A stretch of 64,000 nt of DNA, taken from contig CAVUZH010000020.1 in the NCBI GenBank assembly GCA_963745835.1, positions 96,001 through 160,000 of the forward strand. Reading direction: 5' to 3'. Origin of the DNA: an uncultured delta proteobacterium (GTDB lineage: Bacteria > Desulfobacterota > Binatia > UBA9968). Positions within the stretch are counted from its first letter, which is position 1; each line of letters opens with the position of its first letter. The notes beneath the pieces were generated by a model, which saw only the letters and a list, made by a program, of their open reading frames with translations, ran no database searches and had not been told where the DNA came from. The position numbers and the translations under genes are program-made. This document shows positions 29,202-43,348 of this stretch, in pieces.

Positions 29202-30002
29202 ATGAAAACTCAAATCTACAAAGCTTTAACTATCGCCGGCTCCGACTCGGGAGCGGGAGCCGGAATCCAAGCTGATTTGAAGACGTTTGCCGCGCTGGGG
29301 GTTTATGGAACTTCGGCGATTACCGCTATCACGGCGCAAAATACCCTCGGAGTGACCGGCATTGTTGAGCTCAGCCCGAAAATTGTCGGGGCGCAAATCG
29401 ACGCGGTAATCGATGACATCGGCGCACAGGCGGTAAAGACCGGGATGCTAGCCAACGCGGCGATTATCGAAATCGTCGCGGAAAAACTTCGCGCGCATAA
29501 GCTAGCAAACGTAGTTGTCGATCCGGTGATGGTGGCGACTTCGGGAGACCTGCTGCTTGAGAAAAATGCCGTCAGCGCGCTTCGTTCGCAACTGCTCCCG
29601 CTGGCGGCGGTGGTGACGCCCAATATTCTTGAGGCAAACCAACTGGCCGGCTTGACGATTGCCAATGCGAGAGACATGCGCCGTGCGGCCCAACGAATTG
29701 TCGATTTGGGAGCCCAGAGTGTGGTGGTTAAGGGCGGCCACCGGCGCGGGCCGGCGACGGATCTTTTCTTCGATGGCAAAAGGTTTCGCCAGCTTCGCAC
29801 TCCGCGCATCCACACGATTCATACGCATGGCACCGGCTGCACACTATCCGCGGCTATTGCAGCCTATTTAGCCAGGGGTGAGAAGCTAGAGAGCGCAATC
29901 ATGCATGCCAAAACCTACATTACCGCCGCGATCCGAAAAGGTTTCCCGGTCGGAAGCGGCCATGGCCCGGTGCATCACTTCTTTCGTTATTGGGGTAAAT
30001 AG
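29202..30002 (+). CDS. thiD: Hydroxymethylpyrimidine/phosphomethylpyrimidine kinase
   Basis: LTIAGSDSGAGAGIQADLKTF, VDPVMVATSG, THGTGCTLSAAI, GHGPVHHF. Confidence 0.95.
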   Translation: MKTQIYKALTIAGSDSGAGAGIQADLKTFAALGVYGTSAITAITAQNTLGVTGIVELSPKIVGAQIDAVIDDIGAQAVKTGMLANAAIIEIVAEKLRAHKLANVVVDPVMVATSGDLLLEKNAVSALRSQLLPLAAVVTPNILEANQLAGLTIANARDMRRAAQRIVDLGAQSVVVKGGHRRGPATDLFFDGKRFRQLRTPRIHTIHTHGTGCTLSAAIAAYLARGEKLESAIMHAKTYITAAIRKGFPVGSGHGPVHHFFRYWGK

Positions 30003-30050
30003 CGTCCGTGTAATTCGATCCGCAGACACGAACCAGGGAAGCGATTCGGA

Positions 30051-30824
30051 TCAACTGACGCCGACAGGTTCCTTACTGGAGGATCTCATTTCAGCGACGA
30101 TAGAGCGGGCGGCAGCAACCGGATCTTTGGCCTCGAGAATGGGACGTCCAACAACAATAAAGTCGACGCTGGCCTTGACGGCTGCCCCGGGGGTCATGAT
30201 GCGTTGCTGATCATTGCGGTTACTGTCCACCGGACGGATGCCGGGGGTCACGATGATAAAGCGTCGGCCGCAACACTCCCGAATAGCTCGGACCTCATGA
30301 GGCGACGCAACCACGCCATCCATTCCCGCTTCGTAAGTCAGCAGCGCCAAGCGCACCACTTGCGCAGCCACCCGCCCGTCGATGCCGACCCGTTTGAGAT
30401 CGTCTTGATTCAAACTGGTCAGCACGGTGACAGCCAGCATGATCGGCCTGCGCCGTTTTTCTTGCCGGCATACGCGCCGCACTTCTTTGACAGTCATACG
30501 CATCATTTCAAGACTGCCAGAAGCATGAACGTTGAACATTTTGACCCCCATGCGAGTAGCCTCGACCGCCGCTTTGGCTACCGTATTGGGAATGTCATGA
30601 AATTTAAGATCGAGAAAAACCTCGCCGCCGAGTTCTTGAATCAGGCGCACCGCCTGCGGCCCAGCGTGAGTGAACAACTGCTTGCCGATCTTGAACATGC
30701 CCACTTCGTTGGCAAGCGCCTGCACCAAGTCTTTGGCCTGATTGAGATCGTCGACATCGAGAGCGACAATCAGACGCTCGCGGGTAGGGCGCCGCGCCCG
30801 GAGCAGTTCCAGCTTGGAGGTCAT
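30051..30824 (-). CDS. pyrF: Orotidine-5'-phosphate decarboxylase
   Basis: LIVALD, FLDLKFHDIPNTV, VTPGIRP, VVGRPI. Confidence 0.97.
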   Translation of the reverse strand: MTSKLELLRARRPTRERLIVALDVDDLNQAKDLVQALANEVGMFKIGKQLFTHAGPQAVRLIQELGGEVFLDLKFHDIPNTVAKAAVEATRMGVKMFNVHASGSLEMMRMTVKEVRRVCRQEKRRRPIMLAVTVLTSLNQDDLKRVGIDGRVAAQVVRLALLTYEAGMDGVVASPHEVRAIRECCGRRFIIVTPGIRPVDSNRNDQQRIMTPGAAVKASVDFIVVGRPILEAKDPVAAARSIVAEMRSSSKEPVGVS

Positions 30825-30832
30825 GTCTTTGG

Positions 30833-32554
30833 TTAGGCTGACTTGCTGAAATGGCTGTAAATCGTTTGCGCGGCTCCAGTAATTGGTATGTCTATCGATT
30901 TGCTTTCACGACGCCAGCGCAACTCGAGACTGCCCTTCTGCAATCCTTTGGCGCCGATGGTGATGCGCAAAGGAATTCCGATCAGATCGCCGTCTTTGAA
31001 TTTGACTCCGGGCCGTTCATCCCGGTCGTCTAGAAGCACTTCGAGGCCACGCTGGCGCAATTCCCCATACAAGAGGTCGGCCGCTTCTCTGGTCGCCTGG
31101 TCGGTATAGTTAATCGGCAACAGCAGTACTTGGAATGGCGCAATCGATGACGGCCAAATAATGCCGTTGTCGTCATGATTTTGCTCAACCGCGGCGGCGA
31201 CCAAACGGCTAATGCCAATGCCATAGCAACCCATCTCGATGGGGCGCTCGCGCCCTTCTGCATCTAGATAGGTAGCACCCATCAATTCGCTATATTTTCT
31301 TCCAAGATAAAACACCTGTCCCACTTCGATGCCGCGGTGGGCTTCGAGCCGACCTTGATCGCAACGTGGGCAGTGGTCTCCGGCCAACACCAGCCTGATG
31401 TCGGCAAAGGCCGTCGGGGTAAAATCACGCTCTTGATCGACTTCGATATAGTGGGCGTTCGCTTCGTTGGCTCCCGTGACCGCGCCGCGCATCGACTGAA
31501 CGGAAAGATCGGCAATGGTTCGCAGTTTCAAACCGATCGGTCCTAGATAGCCCGGCGCGACCCCGGTAGCAGCGACAACGGCCGCTTCATTGGCAAGCGT
31601 AATTTCACGGCAGCCTAGGGCCGTTTGTAATTTGACCTCGTTGATCTCATGGTCACCGCGCACCAGAGCAGCTACCAGCTCATCACCGTTGACTTGGTAG
31701 ACCATTGTCTTGATAAACTTCTCTGGCGCAAGCTTGAGAAATCCGGCGACCTCGGCAACACTCTTTTTTCCGGGGGTGAAGACCTTCTCAAAACCGGGTG
31801 CCTCTGCAGTAAGATCGCGCGCTGCCGGTTGGTAGGCCTTGACTGCCGCCTTCTCGAGATTAGCTGCGTAGTCGCAGCTGTTACAGCTGACGATGGCATC
31901 TTCCCCTGATTCTGCCAGAACTTGGAATTCATGCGACAAGCTGCCGCCGATAGCGCCGGTATCGGCTTCCACGCGCCGGTACTTTAGGCCGCAGCGATCG
32001 AAAATGCACCGATAAGTCGAGACCATGTTATCGTATTCGCGCTTGCAGTCATCGACGTCAGTGTGAAAGCTGTAAGCATCCTTCATGATGAACTCTCGCC
32101 CGCGCATGAGGCCGAAGCGCGGCCGCACTTCGTCACGAAATTTGGTTTGGATCTGATAAAGATTAAACGGCAACTCCCGATACGATCGCACGGCTCGGCG
32201 CACCAGGTCGGTAACAATCTCCTCGTGGGTTGGGCCGAGGCAAAAGTCTCTGTCATTACGATCCTTGAAACGAATCAATTCCTTGCCGTAAACCTCCCAG
32301 CGGCCACTCTCTTGCCAGAGTTCGGCGGGCGAAGCTATCGGCATCAGCAGTTCCTGCGCGCCAGCGCGGTCCATTTCTTCTCTGACGATGTTTTCTATTT
32401 TGCGAATGACTTTTAGAGCAAGCGGAAAATAATCGTAAATGCCGCGGCTGACCTGGCGGATAAAGCCGCCGCGCACGAGCAGTTTGTGACTGACCACTTC
32501 GGCGTCGGACGGATCTTCCTTGAGTGTCGGGATGAGTATTTGACTCCAGCGCAT
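30833..32554 (-). CDS. proS: Proline--tRNA ligase (with editing domain)
   Basis: LGPTHEE, QTKFRDEVRPRFGLMRGREF, GIEVGQVF, MGCYGIG. Confidence 0.97.
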   Translation of the reverse strand: MRWSQILIPTLKEDPSDAEVVSHKLLVRGGFIRQVSRGIYDYFPLALKVIRKIENIVREEMDRAGAQELLMPIASPAELWQESGRWEVYGKELIRFKDRNDRDFCLGPTHEEIVTDLVRRAVRSYRELPFNLYQIQTKFRDEVRPRFGLMRGREFIMKDAYSFHTDVDDCKREYDNMVSTYRCIFDRCGLKYRRVEADTGAIGGSLSHEFQVLAESGEDAIVSCNSCDYAANLEKAAVKAYQPAARDLTAEAPGFEKVFTPGKKSVAEVAGFLKLAPEKFIKTMVYQVNGDELVAALVRGDHEINEVKLQTALGCREITLANEAAVVAATGVAPGYLGPIGLKLRTIADLSVQSMRGAVTGANEANAHYIEVDQERDFTPTAFADIRLVLAGDHCPRCDQGRLEAHRGIEVGQVFYLGRKYSELMGATYLDAEGRERPIEMGCYGIGISRLVAAAVEQNHDDNGIIWPSSIAPFQVLLLPINYTDQATREAADLLYGELRQRGLEVLLDDRDERPGVKFKDGDLIGIPLRITIGAKGLQKGSLELRWRRESKSIDIPITGAAQTIYSHFSKSA

Positions 32555-32592
32555 ATTATCCTTGGGACGAAAGTGAGGCTGTTGGAGAACGG

Positions 32593-33714
32593 CTAATCGT
32601 TAGCCACGGCAGGCTGCTCGGCCTTTTTCTCATCGGCGAGCTTCTGCACTTCTTCCATGAGGGCATCGACAATGCGAGCTTCAGGCACCTTGCGAATCAC
32701 CTGGCCCCTCTTGAACAGTAGGCCGATACCCTTGCCGCCGGCAACACCCAAATCAGCAGCGCGAGCTTCACCCGGGCCGTTGACCTCGCAGCCCATCACC
32801 GCGACGTGGATATTCAGGTTGCTGTAAGGAATCATCCGTTCTTCCACTGCCTTGGCGAGGCTCACGAGATCGACATCTGCCCGACCACAGGAAGGACAAG
32901 CGACGAAGGTCAAACCTTCTTTTTTTATACCCAGCGATTTTAGAATCTCGGCGCCCACCCGCACTTCTTCGACCGGATCGGCCGCCAAGGAAACACGTAT
33001 CGTGTCACCGATGCCCTCAGCGAGTAGAGTTCCCAGGCCCACCGCAGATTTGATCGTGCCAACTGTCGGCGTGCCCGCTTCAGTGACGCCCAAATGAAAC
33101 GGGTAATCGACTTTATCGGCGAGCATGCGGTAGGCTTCGATCATCATCAGGGGATCGGAGGCTTTAAGCGAAATCTTAATTTCGGAAAAATTCAAATCCT
33201 CTAAAATGCGGATGTGGCGCAACCCGCTCTCGACCATGCCTTCGGCTGTCGGACCACCGGCCTTTTCCAATAAATCTTTTTCCAGAGAGCCAGCATTGAC
33301 GCCGATACGAATGGGAGTCTGGCGCTCGGCAGCCAGTTTGACGACCTCTTCGACATAACGGCGCGCGCCGATATTGCCGGGGTTGAGGCGTAAACCGTCT
33401 ACACCCTGCTCCAATGCGATCAGCGCTAGTTTATAGTTGAAATGAATATCGGCCACCAGAGGAATGCGAATTTTCTTTTTGATCTCGGCGAGCTGTTCCG
33501 CCGCCGCACGCACCGGCACGGCAACCCGGACGATGTCGCAGCCGGCCGCCTCCAATGACCATATCTGATGAACGGTGGCGCGCACATCGCAGGTATCGGT
33601 CTTGGTCATCGACTGAACGGTAATAGGCGCATCTCCGCCTACCTTGACCTTACCAAGCTGAATCTGTCTTGTTGTGCGTCGTTTGATCACCGGTTTACTA
33701 TAGGAAACTGCCAT
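32593..33714 (-). CDS. ispG: (E)-4-hydroxy-3-methylbut-2-enyl-diphosphate synthase
   Basis: VQSMTKT, ADIHF, RLNPGNIG, CPSCGR, GCEVNGPGE. Confidence 0.97.
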   Translation of the reverse strand: MAVSYSKPVIKRRTTRQIQLGKVKVGGDAPITVQSMTKTDTCDVRATVHQIWSLEAAGCDIVRVAVPVRAAAEQLAEIKKKIRIPLVADIHFNYKLALIALEQGVDGLRLNPGNIGARRYVEEVVKLAAERQTPIRIGVNAGSLEKDLLEKAGGPTAEGMVESGLRHIRILEDLNFSEIKISLKASDPLMMIEAYRMLADKVDYPFHLGVTEAGTPTVGTIKSAVGLGTLLAEGIGDTIRVSLAADPVEEVRVGAEILKSLGIKKEGLTFVACPSCGRADVDLVSLAKAVEERMIPYSNLNIHVAVMGCEVNGPGEARAADLGVAGGKGIGLLFKRGQVIRKVPEARIVDALMEEVQKLADEKKAEQPAVAND

Positions 33715-33778
33715 GGAGCGGTCAATCAAAGATTGAACGTTGCCGGCAGAGCAGGTTCAAGTTGAGTCAGCGGTTCTC

Positions 33779-34591
33779 TTAAGAGGTTCGGGCAGGGCGC
33801 GGCCTGTCGATATTACCCTGAGATCTCGAATCTTGTTTGTCGATTGGCTTGGATTCTTCTTTCCTCTTACGATCCCCTTCAGGAATTATGAGTAACCGTC
33901 TATAGGATCCTTGGCCAAGGCTTTTGGTTGTGATCCAAGGATCGTCCTGTAGCGCGGCGTGAACAATGCGCCGATCAGCCGCGCTCAGAGCATCTACGGT
34001 TACCGTCTTTCGTTGTCGTTTGGCTTTTTCACCGAGGCGCAACGCCATGTCTTCGAGCGATTTTTTCCGCCGTTGACGATAATTCTCGATATCGACCAGG
34101 ATGTGCGGCCCCTCGCTTCCTTGTCGGTCCCCGGCGATGCGCGTCACGAGGTACTGCAAAGCTTCCAGGGTTTGACCTTTGCGCCCGATCAGCAGGCCGC
34201 TATCATCACAGATGACTTCCAAAACGATCTCGTCGGCTTTGTCGCCGGTCTTAGCCTGCACAGATGCTTCGATTCCCATTCTTTTCAGGATTTCATTCAG
34301 CACGCCTTTGGCCTTTTCGCCAATAGCGGCGGTTTCCGCCTCGGTTAAGGGCTTGGCAGCTGCGCTTGCAACCACCCCGGGATCCGGTGCCGGCTCGAGA
34401 TGGTTCGCTTCGACGGGAGGTCTTCTTAGGGACGCCCGCACCCGCGCTTTTTGAGTGCCAAAACCAAGGATGCCGCGTTTTCCTTCGGACAGTATTTCTA
34501 TGCTAATTTTGTCACGCTCAACGCCGAGACGTACCAGGGCGTTCTCGATGGCTTGATCGATGGTGTCCCCTTCGGTTTCCACGTAATCCAT
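33779..34591 (-). CDS. jag: Jag/KhpB RNA-binding protein (Jag_N, KH, R3H)
   Basis: GILGFG, LLIGRKGQTLEALQ, DRRIVH, TKSLGQG. Confidence 0.93.
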   Translation of the reverse strand: MDYVETEGDTIDQAIENALVRLGVERDKISIEILSEGKRGILGFGTQKARVRASLRRPPVEANHLEPAPDPGVVASAAAKPLTEAETAAIGEKAKGVLNEILKRMGIEASVQAKTGDKADEIVLEVICDDSGLLIGRKGQTLEALQYLVTRIAGDRQGSEGPHILVDIENYRQRRKKSLEDMALRLGEKAKRQRKTVTVDALSAADRRIVHAALQDDPWITTKSLGQGSYRRLLIIPEGDRKRKEESKPIDKQDSRSQGNIDRPRPARTS

Positions 34592-34614
34592 ACAAGATAT
34601 ACCTCGCTAACAGC

Positions 34615-36231
34615 CTACTTCACGCTGCGATTAATCCACCACTGTTGGGCGATCGAAAGAACATTATTGATCAGCCAGTAGATAGTTAGCCCTGCCGGAA
34701 AGGTTACGAACATAAAGGTAAATATCAGCGGCATCATCAGCATTAGCTTTCGCTGATTGGGGTCTCCCGCAGTCGGGGTCATCCATTGCTGAATGAACAT
34801 ACTAGCCCCCATCAGTATCGTAAGCACGGGAACGCCCAGATGCCAACCGGCAAATTCGAACGGCAGCGATTGCCAATCGGGCTTGGAAAGGTCGTTAATC
34901 CACAGAAATGGTGCATGGCGTAGCTCGATTGGTATGTAGAGCGCATTATAAAGGCCGATAAAAACCGGAAACTGCACGACCATCGGCAGACAACCGCCGA
35001 GCGGGTTGACCCCGTTGCGCCGGTACATTTCCATGATCTCTTTGTTCAGTTTCTCCCGATCGTCCTTAAATTTTTCTTTCAACCGTTCCATTTGTGGCTG
35101 AAGCTTTTGCATCTGCTTCATGGAAGCATAGCTCTTGTGCGTCAGCGGCGCCGTTAATATCTTGAGTAGCACGGTCAGAAGGATGATGTCGATTCCATAG
35201 CTGCGGGTGAACTGGTGAAAGAAATGCAGAATGTATAGAAACGGAATTGAGATAAATCCGAAGTAGCCAAAGTCGATGGCCTTCTCCATTCCCTTGCCAA
35301 TGGATTCCAGGACGTTCAACTCTTTCGGCCCGACAAACAAGGTATAACGGCTGGGCTCGGGCTTGCCGGTTGGTTCAGCGACGGTGAGGATCAGGGCCGG
35401 TCCGGACTGTTGCACGCCCGCTCTGTAGCCGACACCATTCTCTGGCACCAGCGCCATGATAAAATAAGTAAATCCGAATCCCGCCCACGAAAGCTCGCCG
35501 GGGAATTCTTTGCCCTTCCTGAGCTCATCGCTGACTGGTTCACGCTTGACCTTGTCATCGACCACTGTGAGAAAGCCTTCGAACGGCGCGTCCGCATTGG
35601 GATCCTCATACTGGTTGGGAGCGGTGAGCAAAGCCGCGATGGTTAAAGCGCTGCCATCTGAAGCTCGGGCGTCAAGCTCGAGCCCGATCGGGTACTGCGC
35701 TCCGGCAAAGTTCAGTTTTTTGGTGATCGTCATTCCATCTGGAGCGGTTCCCTGGAAGGTTAAAGTTCCCTCGGCCTCACCACTGAGTTTAAGGTCGCCG
35801 CCATCGACTCGATAAATGATCGACGCATCATCGGTTGGCATCGCGCTGTTCCACTTCACTCCTAGAGGATAAGGTACTCCCGGCACCGTCGCGATCATTT
35901 CAAATGGCGGACTGTTGGGATCTGCGGTAGCCTGATAGTGCTTGAACTTAAAACTTTTAAGTCGCGCCCCCTGGTTGGTAAAGAGAGCAATGTAATTATC
36001 GGTTTCAACGCGAATGTCTTGGATCTGTTTTCCAGCCGGTGTTGGCGCTGGCTTAATCTCGGCGGGTGCCGATGGAGCTACCGAGTCAGCAGTTGGTGCT
36101 TTCGCTGCTTCTGTTTTCTGCTCTGCCGGAGGTTGCGGCGGAGGTGTCGGGTACTGGCGGCTGATCCATTCCTGGTAGAGCACCAGGACCAATAAAGAAA
36201 GAGCGATCGCTAGAAAGGCACGTTTTTCCAT
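34615..36231 (-). CDS. yidC: Membrane protein insertase YidC
   Basis: IDFG, SMKQMQKLQP, NPLGGCLP, PAGLTIYW. Confidence 0.96.
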   Translation of the reverse strand: MEKRAFLAIALSLLVLVLYQEWISRQYPTPPPQPPAEQKTEAAKAPTADSVAPSAPAEIKPAPTPAGKQIQDIRVETDNYIALFTNQGARLKSFKFKHYQATADPNSPPFEMIATVPGVPYPLGVKWNSAMPTDDASIIYRVDGGDLKLSGEAEGTLTFQGTAPDGMTITKKLNFAGAQYPIGLELDARASDGSALTIAALLTAPNQYEDPNADAPFEGFLTVVDDKVKREPVSDELRKGKEFPGELSWAGFGFTYFIMALVPENGVGYRAGVQQSGPALILTVAEPTGKPEPSRYTLFVGPKELNVLESIGKGMEKAIDFGYFGFISIPFLYILHFFHQFTRSYGIDIILLTVLLKILTAPLTHKSYASMKQMQKLQPQMERLKEKFKDDREKLNKEIMEMYRRNGVNPLGGCLPMVVQFPVFIGLYNALYIPIELRHAPFLWINDLSKPDWQSLPFEFAGWHLGVPVLTILMGASMFIQQWMTPTAGDPNQRKLMLMMPLIFTFMFVTFPAGLTIYWLINNVLSIAQQWWINRSVK

Positions 36232-36233
36232 TA

Positions 36234-36464
36234 TTATTTTATTGAATCAACCGGATCATAGCCGCCGGGGTGCCACGGATGGCAGCGGCTAAGCCGCCTT
36301 ACGCCAAGCGATGCTCCCTTGAGCAAACCATATTTGTAAATCGCTTCGGAAGCGTAGACAGAACAACTCGGGAAAAAACGACATGCTTCTGGCAAGAATG
36401 GCGAGATAAGTCGATGATAAACACCCAAGATGCCGGTGATGACGTGTCGAAAGAATCCTACCAT
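36234..36464 (-). CDS. yidD: Membrane protein insertion efficiency factor YidD
   Basis: [22 protein letters not shown]...[13 protein letters not shown]; TAATG overlap with rnpA. Confidence 0.95.
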   Translation of the reverse strand: MVGFFRHVITGILGVYHRLISPFLPEACRFFPSCSVYASEAIYKYGLLKGASLGVRRLSRCHPWHPGGYDPVDSIK

Positions 36465-36826
36465 TAATGCTTGCACGGCCGGCTCTCGGTAACGCATCGA
36501 CGGATTTCGCTAGCCACAGCTGAGAACGAGAGTTTGGCTGCTCCTGGTCTAGCTATGACGAGTATATCCCGCGGCGGCACAATTTGATGATTCCACTGTC
36601 GAAAGGACTCCCTGAGCAATCGCTTTACTCGATTGCGAACGACCGCATTACCCACCTTCGAACTAACGGTAATTCCCAAGCGGGCTTCAGATCGATCGGT
36701 TTCTCTCGTAATGACTACGAAATTAGCGGTGTGCTGCTTTTTGCCGGAGCGCGAGAGCTGGATAAATTCCGGTCGTTTCCTAAGGCGGGCTTGTTTGGGA
36801 AAACCCGCGCCGACCGCACTTGGCAT
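36464..36826 (-). CDS. rnpA: Ribonuclease P protein component
   Basis: [24 protein letters not shown] motif. Confidence 0.95.
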   Translation of the reverse strand: MPSAVGAGFPKQARLRKRPEFIQLSRSGKKQHTANFVVITRETDRSEARLGITVSSKVGNAVVRNRVKRLLRESFRQWNHQIVPPRDILVIARPGAAKLSFSAVASEIRRCVTESRPCKH

Positions 36827-36828
36827 AT

Positions 36829-36990
36829 CTAGGTTCTAGCCCGTTTCGGTGGCACGACGACCGTTAGTTTCTTCCTTCCTTTGGCGCGACGGCGCCTTAG
36901 AACGTTACGACCACCCGGGGTCTCCATTCGAGTCAAAAACCCATGTGTCCGTTTTCGCTTGATATTGCTTGGTTGATAAGTTCTTTTCAT
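36829..36990 (-). CDS. rpmH: 50S ribosomal protein L34
   Basis: Manual translation [53 protein letters not shown] (below ORF-track cutoff). Confidence 0.97.
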   Translation of the reverse strand: MKRTYQPSNIKRKRTHGFLTRMETPGGRNVLRRRRAKGRKKLTVVVPPKRART

Positions 36991-37173
36991 GATGACTTTG
37001 CTCCGTCGTCTACATCAGATATTCAACTGGCTTGCCGCGCAAGAAATCCGCTCGCGAAAGTTCAATCAGCGGAAATGTACGGAAACATGAGCAATACGCG
37101 ATTGGGCACTACCAACAAAAGTGGGCTTTTCGCGGCTAAGCTATTTGAATCATACAGAGTTGGCATTGTCAAT

Positions 37174-38181
37174 TTAGGCTTGTTCAGCCTTAAGGGAACG
37201 CTGCATCAGATCCCGAACCCCCTCTGAAGGCTTCTTGCCTTCATGAATGATCCGGTACATTTGCTCGACAATGGGCATTTCAACGCCTAGCTTTTGTGCC
37301 AAAAAATAAACCGAACGAGCGTTGCGAATGCCTTCCGCCACCATCCGCGAGCCGTGGCTTATTTCTTCAAGGCTCTTGCCGGCGCCGATTTGCAACCCGA
37401 CTTGCCGATTTCGGCTCAACGCGCCAGTGCAGGTGAGGAGCAGATCGCCAACTCCCGGCAAACCAGCCAGGGTCAACGGCTCTGCTCCCATTCTGACCGC
37501 CAACCGCGTCATTTCAGCCAGGCCCCGGGTAATCAACGCTGCGCGCGCATTATGCCCCAACCCCAAGCCGTCGCTGATGCCTGCAGCTATGGCGATAACG
37601 TTCTTGATCACGCCTCCCATCTGCACGCCGATCACATCTTTCGAGGTATAGGCGCGAAGGCTTGCGGTACTAAGAAGTGTTTGGATTTCGGCGGCGATCT
37701 TTTCGGAGTACGCGGCTACGGTCAACGCCGCGGGTAACCCCTGAGCAACCTCGATTGCGAAGGTTGGCCCGGAGATGAATGCTAGTCTTTGGGCGGCGCG
37801 GCTACCGAAGATTTCTAGTAAAACCTCGCCCATGGTTTTCGAAGTCTCCTCTTCCAATCCCTTGGTGCCACAGATGATGATCGCGTGCGAATTGACATGA
37901 GAGAATGCCTCGCTCATGACTTGCCGTACGGCGTGAGATGGCACAGCGCAGCACACAACTTCTTTGCCCGTCACTGCCTCATCCAGGGAGCGGGTCACGT
38001 TTACGTTATCGGGGATCGTAATCCCGGTTAAGTAACTGCGGTTCTGTTTCGTTTCCGCTAATTCACGATAGGTTTGTGCGCCATGACACCAGAGGGATAC
38101 TGCGAGCCCCTTCTGTCCCAAGACGGTGGCCAACGCGGTGCCCCAACCACCAGCGCCGATGATACTAATCAGCTTTGCCAT
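37174..38181 (-). CDS. gpsA: NAD(P)H-dependent glycerol-3-phosphate dehydrogenase
   Basis: GAGGWGTALA, SGPTFA, KNVIAIAAG, GDLLLTC...SRN. Confidence 0.96.
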   Translation of the reverse strand: MAKLISIIGAGGWGTALATVLGQKGLAVSLWCHGAQTYRELAETKQNRSYLTGITIPDNVNVTRSLDEAVTGKEVVCCAVPSHAVRQVMSEAFSHVNSHAIIICGTKGLEEETSKTMGEVLLEIFGSRAAQRLAFISGPTFAIEVAQGLPAALTVAAYSEKIAAEIQTLLSTASLRAYTSKDVIGVQMGGVIKNVIAIAAGISDGLGLGHNARAALITRGLAEMTRLAVRMGAEPLTLAGLPGVGDLLLTCTGALSRNRQVGLQIGAGKSLEEISHGSRMVAEGIRNARSVYFLAQKLGVEMPIVEQMYRIIHEGKKPSEGVRDLMQRSLKAEQA

Positions 38182-38272
38182 GACTCGTTGATGACCCGCT
38201 CGACAGATTTAAATAGTGACCGGATTCATCCCACTTTCAGATGAATCGGACATCGAAGATGTCCGGGGAAGG

Positions 38273-40726
38273 CTATTCCGTCTCTTCCTCGTCTTCTTCT
38301 TTTTCGGCCAACCGCGCCAACGAGACCACTCGCTCCCCCTCCTCGACATCGATAAGACGCACTCCTTGTGTGTTGCGTCCGATTACCCGAATGTCTCTCA
38401 TGCGCAGGCGAATGATCTTACCGTTATTGGTCACAAGCATTAGCTGATCGTCGTCGGTAACTTGTTGTCCGCCAACTATACGCCCGGTCTTTTCGGTGGC
38501 CTTCATCGTAATGATGCCCTTGCCGCCACGCGATTGGAGACGATACTCTTCCATCTCCGTGCGCTTGCCATAGCCCTTCTCCGAGACAGTCAAAATACTG
38601 GCACCGCGATTGAGCATCTCCATACTGACCACAGCGTCGCCTGAATCAAGACGGATTCCGAGCACGCCATAAGTTCCGCGCCCGGTCGGTCGGACCTGAT
38701 CCTCCTTGAAGCGGATGGACTGGCCATCCAGGGTCGATAGAATCAGCTCCTGCTGCCCATCGGTAAGCCGCACACCGATTACCTCATCACCGTCTTCGAG
38801 GCCAATGGCGCGTATTCCGGACGCCCGCGGATTGGAATACAACATTAGATCGGTTTTTTTGACCGCGCCCTTCTTTGTTGCAAAAACAATAAACCGGCCC
38901 TCGACGAACTCCCGAACCGAAAGGAAAGCCGAGACCCTTTCACCCGGTTCTAAATTCAGCAGGTTGACGATGGGCTTTCCTTTCGCAGCGCGGCTGGCCT
39001 GTGGCAGTTCATGAAGCTTCACCCGGTAAACCTTGCCGGTAGTGGTGAAAAACAGAATATAAGAGTGCATCGAGGCGATGATTAAGTATTCGACGAAATC
39101 CTCCTCTTTGGTCGTCGTGCCGATCTTTCCTTTACCGCCGCGCCGCTGCGCGCGGTATAAAGTCACCGGGTTGCGCTTGATGTAACCCTCGTGCGAGATG
39201 GTTACGGCCATCTCTTCATCGACGATCATGTCCTCGATGGAAATTTCTTCGGAGCGGGCAACGATTTGCGTCCGCCGCTCGTCGCCGAATTTTTCCTTGA
39301 TATCTTTGAGCTCCGTGACGATGATTTTATAAATTTCTTTTTCATCGGCCAAAATCGCCAGCAGCTTGGTTATCAGTTCGACCGTTTCCTTATGTTCTTG
39401 AAGAATTTTGTCGCGCTCGAGGCCGGTCAATCTCTGTAGGCGCATATCGAGAATCGCCTGCGCCTGAAGTTCCGATAACCCGAAACTGGCCACCAGGCCC
39501 TCTTTAGCCGCCTTGGGATCGTTAGCGTTGCGGATAAGGGTGATCACCGCATCGAGATTATCCAGCGCAATCCTTAGACCTTCTAAAATATGCAGGCGTT
39601 CTTCGGCTTTACGTAGATCGAAAGCGGTGCGCCGGGTAACGACCTCTTTGCGATGATCCAAAAACGCCCGGAGCGCATCGCGAAGGTTGAGAAGCTTTGG
39701 CCGTCCGTCGACGATCGCCAGCATGTTGATACCGAAGGACTCTTGCAGCGAAGTATGCTTATAGAGCTGATTTATGATTATTTCTGACACCGCGTCGCGC
39801 TTTAGCTCAATGACGATGCGCATGCCCTCACGATCCGATTCGTCACGCAGATCGGAGATTCCTTCGATTTTTTTCTCCTGCACCAAGGCGGCAATTTGCT
39901 CGATGAGCCGCACTTTGTTGACCATGAAAGGAATTTCACTGATGATAATCTGTTCTTTTCCGGTGCGTTTGAGCGTTTCGGTGAACGCTTTACCACGCAT
40001 CTGAACGATGCCTTTGCCCTCGCTGTAGGCTTGAACAATGGGTTCTTTGCCGTGAATGAAACCGGCAGTTGGAAAATCCGGCCCGGGAATATATTTCATC
40101 AACTCTTTGATTGTCGTCCCAGGGTTATCGACCAAGGCGACAAGCCCATCGACGATTTCGCCGATATTGTGCGGCGGAATGTTAGTCGCCATTCCAACTG
40201 CGATTCCAGATGCGCCGTTGACCAGGAGATTAGGAATGCGCGACGGTAGAACCGCCGGTTCTTTTAAGGAATCATCATAGTTGGGAATGAAATCGACGGT
40301 ATCCTTCTCGATGTCGGCGAGGATCTCTTCGGCGAGACGAGCCATTCGGATTTCGGTGTAACGCATGGCCGCCGGGGAGTCGCCATCGACCGAACCGAAA
40401 TTGCCTTGGCCATCGATAAACGGGTAACGCATGACGAAGTCCTGCGCCATCCGGACAATCGTGTCATAAACCGCGGTGTCACCGTGGGGGTGATACTTAC
40501 CGATGATATCTCCCACCAGACGGGCGGATTTCTTGTACGGCTTGTCCCAGGTATTGCCCATGTCGTACATGGCGTAGAGCACTCGCCGGTGGACCGGCTT
40601 GAGCCCGTCACGGACGTCGGGCAACGCCCGGCCGACAATGACGCTCATGGCATAGTCCATGTAGGACTGACGCATCTCGTCTTCGATATAGACCGGTACT
40701 TTTTGCGACTTTAATGATGCTTCCAT
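38273..40726 (-). CDS. gyrA: DNA gyrase subunit A
   Basis: [15 protein letters not shown], GyrA-box QRRGGKG. Confidence 0.98.
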   Translation of the reverse strand: MEASLKSQKVPVYIEDEMRQSYMDYAMSVIVGRALPDVRDGLKPVHRRVLYAMYDMGNTWDKPYKKSARLVGDIIGKYHPHGDTAVYDTIVRMAQDFVMRYPFIDGQGNFGSVDGDSPAAMRYTEIRMARLAEEILADIEKDTVDFIPNYDDSLKEPAVLPSRIPNLLVNGASGIAVGMATNIPPHNIGEIVDGLVALVDNPGTTIKELMKYIPGPDFPTAGFIHGKEPIVQAYSEGKGIVQMRGKAFTETLKRTGKEQIIISEIPFMVNKVRLIEQIAALVQEKKIEGISDLRDESDREGMRIVIELKRDAVSEIIINQLYKHTSLQESFGINMLAIVDGRPKLLNLRDALRAFLDHRKEVVTRRTAFDLRKAEERLHILEGLRIALDNLDAVITLIRNANDPKAAKEGLVASFGLSELQAQAILDMRLQRLTGLERDKILQEHKETVELITKLLAILADEKEIYKIIVTELKDIKEKFGDERRTQIVARSEEISIEDMIVDEEMAVTISHEGYIKRNPVTLYRAQRRGGKGKIGTTTKEEDFVEYLIIASMHSYILFFTTTGKVYRVKLHELPQASRAAKGKPIVNLLNLEPGERVSAFLSVREFVEGRFIVFATKKGAVKKTDLMLYSNPRASGIRAIGLEDGDEVIGVRLTDGQQELILSTLDGQSIRFKEDQVRPTGRGTYGVLGIRLDSGDAVVSMEMLNRGASILTVSEKGYGKRTEMEEYRLQSRGGKGIITMKATEKTGRIVGGQQVTDDDQLMLVTNNGKIIRLRMRDIRVIGRNTQGVRLIDVEEGERVVSLARLAEKEEDEEETE

Positions 40727-40782
40727 AAATTTAAACGGGATTTATAACTAATGTCGTTCGTTCGGCAGTCTGAACTGTGGCT

Positions 40783-40906
40783 GCGGCTGCTCAAAAGATT
40801 CACTGACGAGGAGTGGGAAAATCGCCCAGCGGAAGCGTACTTTAAGCAGTACGTGTAGCGAGGCGATCGCGTGCGACGAAGCCTATGAGTCTTTTCCAGC
40901 AGCCTG
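40783..40906. repeat. ~125-bp structured MITE/REP-like element, copy 2
   Basis: Terminal inverted repeats GGCTGCTCAAAAGATTCA / TGAGTCTTTTCCAGCAGCC, internal stems ATCGCC/GGCGAT and GCGTAC/GTACGT; abuts CTAG containing the gyrB stop. Confidence 0.7.
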
Positions 40907-43348
<2,442 letters not shown>
